The notes: generated from the sequence alone by a model not told the origin. DNA of 63,344 nucleotides, filler included, from Choristocarpus tenellus KU-1152 (GCA_964200185.2; 12 parts of 12 records of this genome joined end to end with filler, not necessarily neighbours in it), one strand, 5' to 3'. Positions 24,900 to 38,049 are shown, counted from the whole stretch's first letter. Numbers and translations: made by a program.

Positions 24900-25900
24900 T
24901 GGGGGACGGCGGTGGCCATCATGGAGGATTTCGAAATTTCCTGAATCACCATGTTCCATCATCTGAAGGAGTATGAGAGTCAGATCGCATGGAGTGAATG
25001 CATGGACCTTGTAAGATGTCACAAGGGGCGATGTGACTGTTGTACAATATCCTGATGATTAGGATGTCCCATTAAGACACTGCCTATCCTTCGACAAAAA
25101 GGCAGCCAAACCTGGGGTCTCCCTTACCTCATTGCGGGATCTGTGCAAGGGCAAGAAGATGAAGAAGGTCAAGGGTGGATTAAACCAGTCCTCTCAGACC
25201 AGCAGAAAGTCAACAGGGTGGGTTTCATAATCAGCCACACGCACAGGAGGGGAGGAAGTGGTGTATTAGTGGATAATCTGTATGGCTGGGAGCGTGTGGG
25301 CGAGAAATAGTTTTGCATCCTCAAAGATGGGCAAATTGTGTACCTGTACCCCCTGATGGGCACAGATTAAGCGTTACATTACGAAGGTGATGTTTTTGGC
25401 AGTCGTGGTCCGCCCTAGTAGGAAGCTCTTCAACGGGGTGTAGTTCAATGGGAAAATCGTGATCCAGCCAATTGTGGACACTAAGTTCGCTCAGTACTCC
25501 AGCAAACACTGCCCCAAGGGTACGAAGGTGCTGTGCCAGCCACAGTGGACGAGGAGAGGTAAAGGTAGCTCATGATCGAGGATGTCCTCCTGGGATTCTT
25601 TCATTCCATCCAGCAACTGAAGGAGAATGTGTGAGTGACCAACACAGAGAAGCTGTTGGAGTCCACAATGGAGGCGCTTGATGTGTACCCACGGGAGACA
25701 CTAGAGTGCGTCTGGCAAACCACTTTGTAGTCTACGGTGAAGTGCTGGGGTCCAAGGGTGACAAATCCTTCAAAATTCCCCATCTTAGCAAGGAAGGGCC
25801 GAGAAGGCAGGCTAACTTCCCCAGAATGACCCAGTGGATGTGATAAAAATACTGTGCTTGAATGTAGTTTTGGAGAGCTTCGAAGGTGGAATCATAGCTA
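24900..25900 (-). mobile_element. Possible degenerate Mutator-like (MULE) transposase
   Basis: Fragmented frames FTVDYKVVCQTHS...GYTSSASIVDSN and WLDHDF...VEELPTRADHDCQKHHLRN resemble the MULE first-Asp, second-Asp and CxxH regions. Many stops and frameshifts. Confidence 0.35.
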
Positions 25901-26544
25901 GGTGTAGGTTGCCCCATTTTAGTGTCAACACAGTACACCCATAAAATATGAACATGTAAACAAAAATCTTACTATATTGTACATGAAACAACCTGGAATG
26001 GCTATCTTACATTTAATTCCGAACGGAAGTATATATATTTGTGTTCCAACTTTCCGTTTTCTCCATGGAAAAACATACCGAAGATCAACTATGAAGTGTT
26101 CTATATGATTATTATTTTGCCCTCTGACATTTTGCAGATGATGTGTCAGGGGGGAAACCAATGGAAACTATACATATGTCATTATTAGCTCTAAAGAAAT
26201 AAAATACCCTAAACGTAAGAACACTATAAAACATTGTGAGTGTGGAAACCACTAATCAGTTACTTCACCAATATAAAATATTGTACTACTCTCGTCCTTT
26301 GCTCCTCATCTACCTACTCCTGTGCCCCGGGGGGTCAAGCTAGGGAGGCATCCCAAGAATCCAACAGATCCTCCGTGCCCATCTCCCTGGTGACTCTAGT
26401 TTGAAGCGCATGACACGTCGAGACAATGCCACTTGCGTAGTCACNNNNNNNNNNNNNNNNNNNNNNNNNNNNNNNNNNNNNNNNNNNNTTAATTAATTAA
26501 NNNNNNNNNNNNNNNNNNNNNNNNNNNNNNNNNNNNNNNNNNNN

Positions 26545-26678
26545 CGTTTCGGTCAAACAAGTTTTTTTTTTCTTTCATTTCAAATCCGACACGTGTGACC
26601 AAATCACACCAATAAAGTGAAAATCGAAAAAAGGGTGAAAAACGGACACCGACACCGCTCCCCCAGATACTTTGACCC
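26545..26678. mobile_element. MITE family C terminus (same TIR, different interior)
   Basis: Ends CCCCAGATACTTTGACCC; reverse-complement homology to 62111-62225. The same end occurs at 35196-35226. Confidence 0.68.
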
Positions 26679-28534
26679 TCAATTATGGTTGTGTTGATTA
26701 GAATGTGGATCCAGGAGGTCTCACCACCAACGTATTATACGTATCAGCAGGTCCGATGAATGGAAGTCAACATCCTCATGTGTCCACATAGACCTTGAAT
26801 GATGCCTGTACGTTGTCCATTTCAAGTGGTTTGAAGTGGGTTGCAAAAGTATGTTTTGTCGACACGATTAAGCCCACAAACCTACTTTGTCCCACATCGA
26901 GAAGGCCTTCATTGCAACTAGGAATAATGAGTGTGAACAGAGGGCAAACTGTTCCCGATTGCTAACGAACATCAGTCCCCAAGAGAACTAAGCGCAAACC
27001 AAGTCAAATATCCCGAAAGGGTTGTTACCTGTGCTTAGTCTGCGACATCAAATACAGAAGGAAGGTGAAGAAGCCTTGCGAAACGCATGAAAAGTGAAAA
27101 AAAAAGTTGTAGGTTAGAACAACGAAATGACTTACTTTCATAATGCCATACTACATTATTGTCCTGTTCGTTCCATTGTTCTCTGCCTCAATCACGGGGT
27201 TTCTAACCCCACTGATTCCCAACTTCATTTCACGCCAATCTGATCTTGATTATCCAAATTCCATTCGCAAGCACTATTATTACTGAATGTGGTAGTGTAG
27301 TGATCCTATCTATCACTATCCACAAAACACCAGACCAAGAACGGAATGCCATGATTTCATTGGGGTGTAAAGTGAAAGTGAATCCAGAATATGATTCGAT
27401 GGAGGATGTAGTGGGACATGACTGAACCCAACTGTTGAGGTGACAAAACCCAACATGCGAGAAGTAAGGGAAGGGCTGGACTACTACACTTCTTATAGTT
27501 AGGTGTAAGTGCTATGCAACAGTTAGTTACTTCTACAGAAGTATGGTGGTAGTAGTTGGTGTATGAGAAGTAGAGTAGTGTGTTGTGTCGTCTGACTACT
27601 GTGCAGATAGTCCCAACACCAATACAACGAACAAAAAAGTAACAACAAATTAGTAAAATATTTTATAATAGAGTGCTTCACTCCAATTTATTTAGGAACA
27701 TGTTTGCGGTCAGAGAGATGCACCGTTATTCTTAAAGTACTCACAACTACATACTACACTCCTCAAATTACTCGTCTAACTGCTTCACTATACGACTAAT
27801 TGTGCTGCCTCCTGTCTTGCGTTGGGTTCAACCAGACTAACACTCGTCACTCCATAATATCCTCCACTAATAATCTCAAACATTTCTCATGTGTGTGGAA
27901 GTGTCAAGGCTCAAAAGCTCTCTGCAAAAGGGGATAATCACAATCACCAGACTGAACTCTTCCACCTCACTCAGCGTGTGAGAACGAGGTTAACAGGTCT
28001 TGGCCCAGCATCCCAACATCTGCAGAGGAAATTCAGAACAGAACCAAAACGTTAGTCCACAAGACATACATGTCACAGAATGACTGAGGAACGTCACAAC
28101 AGGAGGAAAATGGATCAGTCAGAATCAGAATGTATCTTCATCGTCTGACTGGTCAAATCTGGATATTGTGGGTGTGTCCGGTTTTGTAGTCTGATTGCTT
28201 GATATGGTCAAGTGGAATGACGCGGTTGGCACATGTGTATGTATATCATACCACGTCATATCCACAAAATGTGTGTGCAGGAGATTCCAAAAAAGGGATC
28301 TGTCCCTCACACTCACAATAATAATAAAAAATAAAGGAAGAGATTTTCAAAATTGAAAATTGACACACAAAGAAGACTCATCATCACCGCGCGCATGCAC
28401 ACACCATACTATGACATAACGTCTGTCTGACTTGCTCAATATACTCAATAGATTATTGATGATTCTTCTGTCATAGGTCTCTGCTTCTCTGTGACTCAAC
28501 CAGAGCAGTCTCTACAATTTTGGACCGCAACGCG

Positions 28535-29790
28535 ATGCCTCCATCAACGCGAGAAGATGAGGTGGAAAAATTATTGAAAGCTGCTGCCCGGATAGCTGCG
28601 GCAACATACGTTCCTGGCGCTAAGTTAGAGACATTTTTGATGACGATTAAGGGTCTTGGCTCGTGGTTCCTCGACTCTTCTGGCACTTTGTTGCCTGGAA
28701 CTAGTCGTGAAGTTCCCGCCAGCGGTGGAGATATTGGTATCCAACTGACTTATGCATCTGTGGATGTCTTTCTCGACCTCGTACACAGGTGCAGATTTGT
28801 GTGTGAGATGCCTTTACTTTGGTATATTGTAAGACTCCTTCTCTATGCTTGTCGCGCACACTTCAACCCATGCATGAGTTAATCTGTTCCTCAGATTGAA
28901 TAGTGATAACAAATTATAGGCGTCTGCATGATACCTTATGAAGCTTCCCACTCTAAGCTTGCGCACCATGCTATAAAGTGCTGAAACCTCTGATTTGATA
29001 GTATTTTCCTCCCGATACAGGCGCCTGAATCCCCGTATGGCTGCCCTATCTGGTAAAGTATCCTTCCGGGGAAATTTGGCCCTTGCCAAACGCCTTAGCG
29101 TATGGCTATCTGCAGCAGTTGCCGAGGGAAGGTTGACCGGGGCTGCCCCAGACAAGACCTTCCTTGTTCTCGCCCCCCGCGAGAAGTGGCAGGCAGACGA
29201 TGACGTTGATGAGTGCGCTGTATGTGGTGAAGAGTTCAAGGTGTGTATGTGAAAGGGCACGACAGTCTGGCAAGCTCAAGGACGCAGGTGTGATGGTCGA
29301 CTTCAAGATATGAGTGTAAGACGGAAGGGACACATGCATGCGTAGTGAGATAGGAGCTGCAAAAAACACGAACAGCCCAGGCGAAAGATTGCAATTTTAC
29401 AGGCAGAGTACTATTTTTCCTTCTAAAGATAGTGCAGACGAGTGCACAATATTTTGCTGAAAGGTGCTTCTCCTACACACAAAGTAGTTGATCAGGCTGC
29501 TGAAGGTGTTGGTACGTTTGATGCTCACGCTTTCTTCTCCCCTCGACAATGAATTGCAACACATCAATAAGAACCCATCTCCTGTTAGGATGGTCTGCAC
29601 CATGCAGTGTGAATCCTGTGCTGTATCTTGCGTTGCTCATGTCATCGTGTTGTCAACTCTTTGAAAGGTGTATCGGCGAAGACACCACTGCAGGTACTGT
29701 GGACACTGTGTGTGCGATGATTGCAGTGGGAAAAAGTTGAAAGGTCATAGGGCGTGCACGGACTGCCATGCACGTTCGAGGGAAGACAGG
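28535..29790 (+). CDS. SCP2-like sterol/lipid-binding domain fused to a FYVE zinc finger; exons 28535-28788, 29021-29240, 29668-29790 (either continues after a donor at 29791 or stops at TAA 29818-29820)
   Basis: VFLDLVHR/RLNPRMAALSGKVSFRGNLALAKRL matches the SCP2 C-terminal motif. WQADDDVDECAVCGEEFK/VYRRRHHCRYCGHCVCDDCS...RACTDCH contains the FYVE WxxD, RRHHCR and RxC motifs with 8 Cys. Splice phases are consistent. Confidence 0.85.
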
Positions 29791-30799
29791 GTGCGTTATC
29801 AGGTTCCTCTCCAGAAATAATTTTGAGGCGATTTGTAGTTGTAAAAAATATCAAGGTAGACTAGTGCAACGCTAGTGTTGCGGAATCTGTCCTGCGGTGT
29901 GTATACCCAATCGTACAGCTTACCCGTGATAGACCCTGGCCCTGTGGGGAGGGGTGTAATTGCTGCTGTTGCAGGGTCCATCCCCTTATTCTGCCCCTTG
30001 ATGATTTACTAGAGGCAATTGCCCAAGTGAATGGAGTTGGGAGTTTTGAGCTTAGATTTTATTTATATTTCAAGGACTGGGTAAAATCAATATTCATGAT
30101 TGATTGCTGGTGGGCAGGGGGAACAAGCACACCATGACCATAATGTATGTGTTGTTAAGATCCCATTCTGTAACCCTCAACCCCAGCAGGAGATTCGAGT
30201 GTCAGAGCTCTATCTTGCATTGTGAAGTGTAGGTTTTGGATTCATTAGCAGCAAGCAGGGTGGTGCTTGCTTTATGTCCCATCTACTTTGAAGTAAACAC
30301 TTGATGATAGTCAGTACTTGTGTAAATAGTAGGGGTCAGAACAACGGTGTTACTGAAGCATGCCTACGATACTACTATTGTGCCAATAATGCAGTCTTGT
30401 TTCTGTTGCAGAGGGCTCAATATAACCTGTGTGTGCAATCTTGTTTCTAGTATTTTTTAACTTACAATAGTACTATTGAAGACAATTTGTGTACAGTGTG
30501 AGAAACGAGGCATAAAAAAAAAAGTGCATGTGACACGCTTTAGGGGGGGTGGGTAAGTGGGTTGGAGGTGGTANNNNNNNNNNNNNNNNNNNNNNNNNNN
30601 NNNNNNNNNNNNNNNNNTTAATTAATTAANNNNNNNNNNNNNNNNNNNNNNNNNNNNNNNNNNNNNNNNNNNNCACCCCCCACCCCCCAACACACACACA
30701 CACACACACACACATTTTTTTTTGCATGTATTTGTACCTCTTTGGGTCTCCTTACAGGTTATTAGTGTGAGGCTACCCCCACACCCTTCACAGCTGTGC

Positions 30800-30995
30800 C
30801 TGTTGTGTTTATACCTGTTTATGTCAATCTGTTGTATCTTATTATGTCAGTATGTTACATCTTATTATGTAATCTGTTGTATCTTATTATGTCAATATGT
30901 TGTAACCTGTTTAAGTCAATCTGTTCTACCTGTTTGTGTAATCTATTACACCTCTTTATGTCAATCAGTTATACCTCCTTATGTCAATCCGTTAT
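30800..30995. repeat. Degenerate ~20-bp intronic minisatellite
   Basis: Recurrent TTATGTCAATCTGTTRTA(C/T)CT units. Confidence 0.7.
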
Positions 30996-31387
30996 AGGGG
31001 TACTATTACTACAGTAGCTTTAAACAGTTAATGTTGTCAAACTCGACTCCAATACATTTAAAGATATTTTCTAGCGCTGCATGGATAAAAAACAATCCAT
31101 ATTTTTTTAACACTACCATTATTTTATTATTCTTGTTTTCTCGTGCGTTTGCGACTGCACGCAATCTTTTCAAATAAATGGTTTTTAGCTCATTGGCACT
31201 TTTCCTTTTTCTTTTTTGTTAATGGATTGTTAGTGTGTGTTACATTTATTTATTTTATTTTTCTCAAGACCTAAAACCTTAACCCTAACCCTAACCCTAA
31301 GTTGACGTTTCTAGTACTCACACGCTGTACCGCTGCTCTTTCATTATTGTTATTATTATTATTCAACATGTTACATATACACTGCAG

Positions 31388-32738
31388 GGTGACACTGCTC
31401 AAGGCCGTGCCTTTCCTGAGGTTCCTGAGTGATGAAGATAAGGAGGCGGTGATCAACAATGAAAAAGCCTGCCAGGTGAGATTTCTTGTTCCCAAAAGAA
31501 GTGTACCACCCCTTTTACGACATCCATCATCACAACATAATGGTAATAATAATATAATATTAATTTAATTATTATTGTTATGCTCAAGAAAATGTATTGA
31601 GATGTGGTCTCTTACAAGAATGAATAAAATACATATTTTTTGTGTGGTTGTAAATACGTAACACAAAAACTGCAAAAGTAGATATTTAAAAAAAAATTAG
31701 TAGTTGGTGATTTAACTCTTATGGTATGTTTGTTTGTATGTGCATATTATTGATGTGCTTGTGTTTGTATTCTTTTAGGGTATATACCCTCTCTAGTTCA
31801 TCCACAGGTGGCGTTTCTCTTCAGGTCGTTTTTTGTTTCTTAGCCACATATGCATGTATATATGTTCATCGAATTGCTCCAGAGTAAATATTATGTATAT
31901 GTAAGTATTATGTATGTATGTGTATATAAGAAGCCACTCTATCTATGCGTGCGTGATTCTCTAGAGTAATCAAAACTAAACTAAACATTGGCAGACTTGA
32001 AACATGCATAAATAAACATATTCTTTGGATGTACTCGATATTTAGAGGGGGGGGGGTTGTTTAGTTGTTTACAAAAGGCTGCAAATTAAAAAAGATAAAT
32101 CAGTAGTTCATCACGATGTTTGACGAACCCAATAAAATGAAATAAAAAGGAAAGAATCGCCATGGAAGGCATCTCTCCGTGCTTGCAACGCACGATATCA
32201 CAAATATAAATATAAATATCTGCCACTCTATGATTCACTGTACTGTTTTACTTTCCTCTTACGTATGTACGTTTTTTTTTGCGAATGATACAATTTTATT
32301 TTCAAAATAAAATAAAATAATAGCATATCACATATACCTCGAATCATTCGTTTGTTTTTCCTGTGTACTTTTTTTTTTTTGACAAAAATATATATATATT
32401 TTTTTACGTTGCTGCTGGTTAATCTATTCGACATATTTTTCTTTTTTGTGATTTTTTTTGACATTTAAAAAAATAAATTATTTTTGTCCTGTGTAATAAC
32501 ACGTTTCATCAGGAAGAGTTTTTTGGATCAAATGTGGTGCTGATGAAGGAGAAGACTAGCATGGCCAAGGGTCACAGGAGGGCAGGGTGGTTCAGTGTTG
32601 TCAGAGGCGCTGTACGACAGGCAAGAATCCCCTCCTCTGTAATACAAAACCCTGTGCAGTACCCTGCTCCGTTCACCCTAATAATAATGATAATAATAAT
32701 AATGGTGTACTTCAAGGTGATGAGTAGAGGTCAGTTCA

Positions 32739-32774
<36 letters not shown>

Positions 32775-33973
32775 GAGGTCCCACTTTAAGGTGGTATGAA
32801 ATAAGTTGAGTTGTTCTAGTTAGGTGAGCAGAGGTGGTGAGTAGATGTCAATTCAATAAATATATGTATATATGTTGGAGGTCCCACTTCAAGGCGATAT
32901 GAAATAAAGTGAGTTGTTCTAGTTAGGTGAGTAGAGGTGGTGAGTAGATATCAATTCAATAAATATATGTATGTTGGAGGTCCCACTTTGAGGTGATATG
33001 AAATAAGGTGAGTTGTTTTGGTTAGGTATAGGTCAGACATGTACAGATTGGATGTCCCACTTTAAGGTAGAAGGAAATAAGGGTGGGTTGAATGGGGAGG
33101 TTGTGTCAATGTTATCTGGCAAGGCGTGTTCGGAGTCGTATTGCACGCCATACCAATATAGTGGAAACCCTGTCTTTGCGGCTTTTACAGCAGTAGTGCT
33201 ACATGGAGCTGCACACCCTTCTTTATCTGTAGTCTTTGATATGATTCAAATATCTATACATGTGTAATGCGTAGTTGATATTGTTGATATTGATATTTGA
33301 ACTGTAGTTGATATTGTTGATATTGATATTTGAATTGAGGTTGATATTGCTGATACTGATATTTGAATTGTAGTTGATGTTGATATTGATTGATATTGAT
33401 ATTAATATTAATATTTGAATTGTATTTCATATATTGCTGATATTGATATTGATATTTCAATTGTAGTTGATATTGTTGTATGAGAGGTGGATGGCAGTGC
33501 TGATTATCCATTGTGTCTGATTCGCCCAATCGCATCCGGTTGATGAGCTCGTTCTCGCCCTGTAGCGCCCTGTAGCACCAAGAGCTCATTTTTTTATTTT
33601 TCGATCGTATCTCGATTCTACTCCTGCGAATGGGATGACTGTACGCATCGGAGTCAGCCAATCAGATTGAACCACCCCTCTCTCTCTCTCTGCCTCTCCT
33701 CCTTGGGTGCTTGCGCGTGTCTGTATGGATGTACACCTGCATGTGTTGTTGTGTTGGATATTTATTTATTTATTATTTATTCTTCAGACCACCGAAGGCC
33801 TCACAGAGGTCTCGATGAAGGGAGGCGATTTGAGAGAGACGGTGCTGGCGAGGGAGAGGGTGGTGAACGCCGGCTCTGTGATTGGATTGGATGATCAGCT
33901 GCTGCAGGCACCTTACCGATCTACGTATGTGACGGCCTCCTTTGTACACCTGTTTTACTTCGACAAGACTCAG
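31388..33973 (+). CDS. Cyclic-nucleotide-binding-domain protein, internal exons 31388-31475, 32513-32620, 33788-33973 (partial)
   Basis: LLKAVPFLRFLSDEDKEAV (cNMP N-helix motif), VVLMKE...WFSVVRGAV, and GSVIGLDDQLLQAPYRSTYVTASFVHLFYFDK (G..G....L...P...T..T pattern). These are GC-rich islands in AT-rich introns with phase-0 junctions. The parent protein (channel, exchanger or kinase) cannot be determined. Confidence 0.72.
32715..33080. repeat. Intronic tandem repeat, ~110-120-bp unit, ~3 copies
   Basis: Repeated GAGTAGA..TCAATAAATATAT..GTTGGAGGTCCCACTT..GGTGATATGAAATAA..GAGTTGTTCTAGTTAGGT. Confidence 0.82.
33270..33480. repeat. (TTGATA)n-like degenerate microsatellite
   Basis: Runs of GTTGATATT/GATATTTGAA; these explain the spurious YQYQ ORF on the minus strand. 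Confidence 0.8.
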
Positions 33974-33979
33974 GTGCCA

Positions 33980-34245
33980 TTACCTTTACTACCTTTACCT
34001 CACTACCTTTACTACCTTTACTGCTCTTACTATCCTTTGTTGTCCTATATATTGCCTCTACTACATTTGCTACCTACCTTTACTATCCTTTATTACCTTC
34101 ACTACCTTCACTACTTTGAAAACTATATTTTATTATCCTTTATTACCTCTACTACATTTGCTACCTTTACTATCCTTTATTATCCTTTATTATCCTTTAT
34201 TACCTCTACTACCTCTACTACTTTTACTATCCTTTAATACCTTTA
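33980..34245. repeat. (TTTACTACC)n-like 9-mer microsatellite
   Basis: Repeated TACCTTTAC/TATCCTTTAT directly after the exon donor at 33974. Confidence 0.8.
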
Positions 34246-34285
34246 TTGGTACTGTGTGCGTGTATTTATGGAGGCGTTTGTGCAG

Positions 34286-34873
34286 TTAGGGTTAGGGTTA
34301 GGGTACGTGACATGCAGAGTGTGGATGGTGATTGACCCAAGTTCCATGAGGGCATCATTTTGTTGTAACTTCTATTAAAAAAATATATAAAATTCTATGA
34401 ACAGCCTGGACTCCTCAAATGATGAAACCATTTGTAGTACTTTTCGAGATATTGGAAATGGCTTGAGAGGGTCTGTTTTGTGTAACTCTTGTAAATTGAT
34501 TCCGTTTCTCTGATAGGCAACAAGGGTTAGGGTTTGTGTTGCATGGAAGCAGTGGTATACCGTTGTTGTTGATCTCTAGGTTGTTACTAATATTATTATT
34601 ATGATTATAGAGTTAGGGTTAGAGATGGTAAAGTAGTTCTGTACAACTGATATTATTTTATTTTAATTGTGGTTATAGAGTTAGGGTTAGGGATGGCAAA
34701 GTAGTTCTATACAACTGATATTGTTTTATTTTAATTGTAGTTATAGAGTTAGGGTTAGGGATGAGAAAGTAAAAAAAAAAAACTATTCCTGCGAATGCAC
34801 TCACACTTGTAAAAAACAATTACCTATTTGTGTTGTATATTCTTTTCAAAATGGAGCCCTAACCCTAACCCTA
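34286..34873. repeat. Cluster of interstitial telomere-like TTAGGG/CCCTAA repeats, including a ~66-bp unit carrying AGAGTTAGGGTTAGGGAT (3 copies)
   Basis: TTAGGGTTAGGGTTAGGG at ~34287; units at ~34610, 34678, 34745; CCCTAACCCTAACCCTA at ~34857. Further tracts at ~31271-31300 and ~48160-48192. Confidence 0.75.
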
Positions 34874-36078
34874 TCTCTGTAAAACCATCGTACACCAAGA
34901 AAAAGGCATCTCTACCAAACCTTACTTTTGAAAATATATATTTTTTAATTGAAAAATGATGTCAATTATGTATGCATTGCAGTGTTCCTTACTTTTTTTC
35001 AATATAAATATATTTATTTATTTTTTGATTGATACTCTAGCGCATACGTTATATCCAGGGTATATGTACCTTTTTTGATACCACCCTCCCCCCCCNNNNN
35101 NNNNNNNNNNNNNNNNNNNNNNNNNNNNNNNNNNNNNNNTTAATTAATTAANNNNNNNNNNNNNNNNNNNNNNNNNNNNNNNNNNNNNNNNNNNNCACCG
35201 GCACCCCCCCCCAGATACTTTGACCCCAATTGACTCTTTATGGTCCTAGTGATGACAGCACTCTCTGTCTCCCCTCGGTTCGATGCATCCCTTTGAAAGG
35301 GGAAATATCTGGAACGAATAAAACTAGTTGAATCATGGCTCCTCTCGTTCTCTCTCCCTTACCATGATGTTCTAGGTAATGGTTGGTGATCGTGTAGTAA
35401 TCATCTAAGTGCCCAGCATGGATATTTTAAGAACTTGTTCAGACACATCCCATGCCTCATGACAATCACCTGACCCACCCATTCCCTATATAATCTTGAA
35501 GGTTATCTCGGGGTCTAACTCTCTAGGCATGTTGGCTTTTAAAACCAATTTCTGCAACCTAGAAATTTCCTCATCTGAACGGATTTATAAGTGCTCCCTA
35601 AATTGCTCCCACTGTTCAGAAGGTTAAGCTGCATTGCGGACACTACACTTGTGGTATCCATTGGTGCTCCTCAGCAGGATATTGTACGGCTTCTCGATCT
35701 CTTAGTCTCACCCACACAAAGAGGACCTTCCCTATCCTCCAACGCTTGGTAATGTTGCCCTTTGCGCCCAAGAAGGCACATGTCGTGGGGAACCAATCGG
35801 CATAATTGTCGTCCGAGAAATGGAGGAGCTTAGTTTGGAAACTCTCAGAAGCTACGGGTACACCTACCTAACCATTGTATTTTATGACGCTTAAACGTGT
35901 TGCAAAGCTTCGTACATAAAGGCTCGTTGCCAAGAACTGTTGCTGGGTGTCATGGTAAATATAAACTGAACATCAATTGATTTTGTGGTGTGGTGGTTTT
36001 GTCAGTCACGACCTGGGGCATTCACTGAACTGATTCATCATACCCCTATATACGGATACTACTACTTTTGTACCGAAC

Positions 36079-36334
36079 CAGCCAAAATATCTTAGAGGAT
36101 AGTGCCGCGTCCATTCGGGGACCAAAATCCAGTGTTGCGATTTCGATGTAATTTTGTCAATCGTGTTAGGAAGTGTCAATGTCCTTGTTCTGAACACACC
36201 TTTTCATAACGCATATATATCTTACCTACTCCGAAATATTTTGGAGTAGGAAAATGTCATAAAAACCTCGGTGGAAGTCAAGCCCCAAATGGACAAACAG
36301 GGCAAATCTCGTACCCTTTAATATACTTTCACTC
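36079..36334. mobile_element. MITE family A copy (opposite orientation to 2877 and 14610)
   Basis: Full-length internal homology with degenerate TIRs; TSD unclear. Confidence 0.75.
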
Positions 36335-38049
36335 GAAAATCACATGTAAACATACTGGAAGCTGTCACACTGCCTTTTATACGCTTGGTACTAGAAGACA
36401 CAACCTAAACATACCACAAAATTACAGAAACAATACCATCCACATGAATCCCCATTGCAGCTTGCCCCTCCCCCAACACGGTTCACCTTCTCACTGCAGA
36501 CACTTATGGTAGGGTGACCAAAGTCCAAGGCCCAGTCATAGTAAATTCCGGAGGATAGCACAGATACGGCGAATCCTAACACCTAGCATCATCGGTGCTC
36601 GCGTAAACTGCTTTTCCAAAGGTGTCCAAAGTACCCTCTGTTACATACTACAGGGGCACGGGAACGACCTCCCTTTGATGACTACGGGTGCCTTAACAGC
36701 ACCCAAACAGTTTAATCTTCCTGTACAGAAAACGACACGAATTAGTAATATGAAACCAAAAAGTACTCTGATGATAGTTCGTATCTTAGTGGGTTTATTA
36801 TTAATTGAAAATTTAATCATAAAATTATGTTAACATATTTGAGATGTTTTGAATATTGTGATGGAGTTTTCTGAAACGTTGTCAGTGCTTCTTGATTATG
36901 ATTGTTTCTACAAACAACAGGTCCTAAACCAAGCCCCACCATACACAATAATATCAGGCTTCTCTTTTAAACCATGTGATCATATTCAACAAAGGGGAAT
37001 CATGAGAGACTTACAACTCTTCTCTCATCTTCCACAATCGCACAAATAGCAATCTAAATCCACACTCCCCTGTTTAGAAAGGTCCCCACCTGCATGACCA
37101 CCAGACTGTCTTGCTCTGGACCCATCACCCTGCCCAGCCTTTCACTTCCTCGGCTAGAGTGTTATGATGTTGTTGTCGCCGTTACTTCTGTTGTTGTGGA
37201 GGGTATTAATACTGTTCCCGATCGACAGACAGTCACCTTGTCCCCCTACGTACCGAGGTTATAGCATGAGCAAGTTAATTTCACCTTCTGTTTACCTTGG
37301 CAGGACCGTCCCTCAGCCCTTTGCCAGCCTGTACAACACCGACATCATTGGACCTATGGAAACACATACCTCAATCTCGCACTGACCCAGAGTAGCCTTG
37401 CTTTGCCAAGGATTCCATAGCACAATTGAAGGCGTGAACGTACTGCCTTTTAGGAGCAGGAGGTCAAACCCGTCAAAAAATGGTCGTTGTGCCATAGTAA
37501 GTGTTGGTGTTAGACTCAAGTTTCCTAACTTCCTTTTCATAGCCGTCAATGTGGCATATGAAGCATCATGAAGCACCAATACCTTTTTGTTTTCCTAGGA
37601 ACTTCTCGATCGCAGGCAGGAAGTGCAAGGTTAGCCAAAGCAAATATATATTGTTGTCCTTCGAGGCATGGCAATCCCCTACTGTGGTCTTGGCAGGCCC
37701 CAACCACCCGCCAGAAAGTTCCATAACAAGACCAATATTGTCGCCCTTCTTACACTACGGCCCCCAATACCTCTCAGCAATTTGATTTATTTTTTCATCG
37801 ACTATTTGACAACTATTGTCATCAAGCTCTTCCCTGTTGTTGTCTCGATTAATTAACACTAATACTACCTCTGTGCCATAAGTTTGTTCCGCGAAACATC
37901 TGGACTCGCTGAGCGAGAATGGCGCCAAATCGGACGATAATCTCTCCCCNNNNNNNNNNNNNNNNNNNNNNNNNNNNNNNNNNNNNNNNNNNNTTAATTA
38001 ATTAANNNNNNNNNNNNNNNNNNNNNNNNNNNNNNNNNNNNNNNNNNNN

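Noticed and set aside
33254-34289. Gln/Tyr-rich and Leu/Tyr/Thr-rich ORFs
   Set aside because: These are translations of intronic microsatellites; only 33788-33973 is supported as an exon.
34286-34873. True chromosome telomere
   Set aside because: The tracts are only 2-4 units long, occur in both orientations and are internal to the contig.
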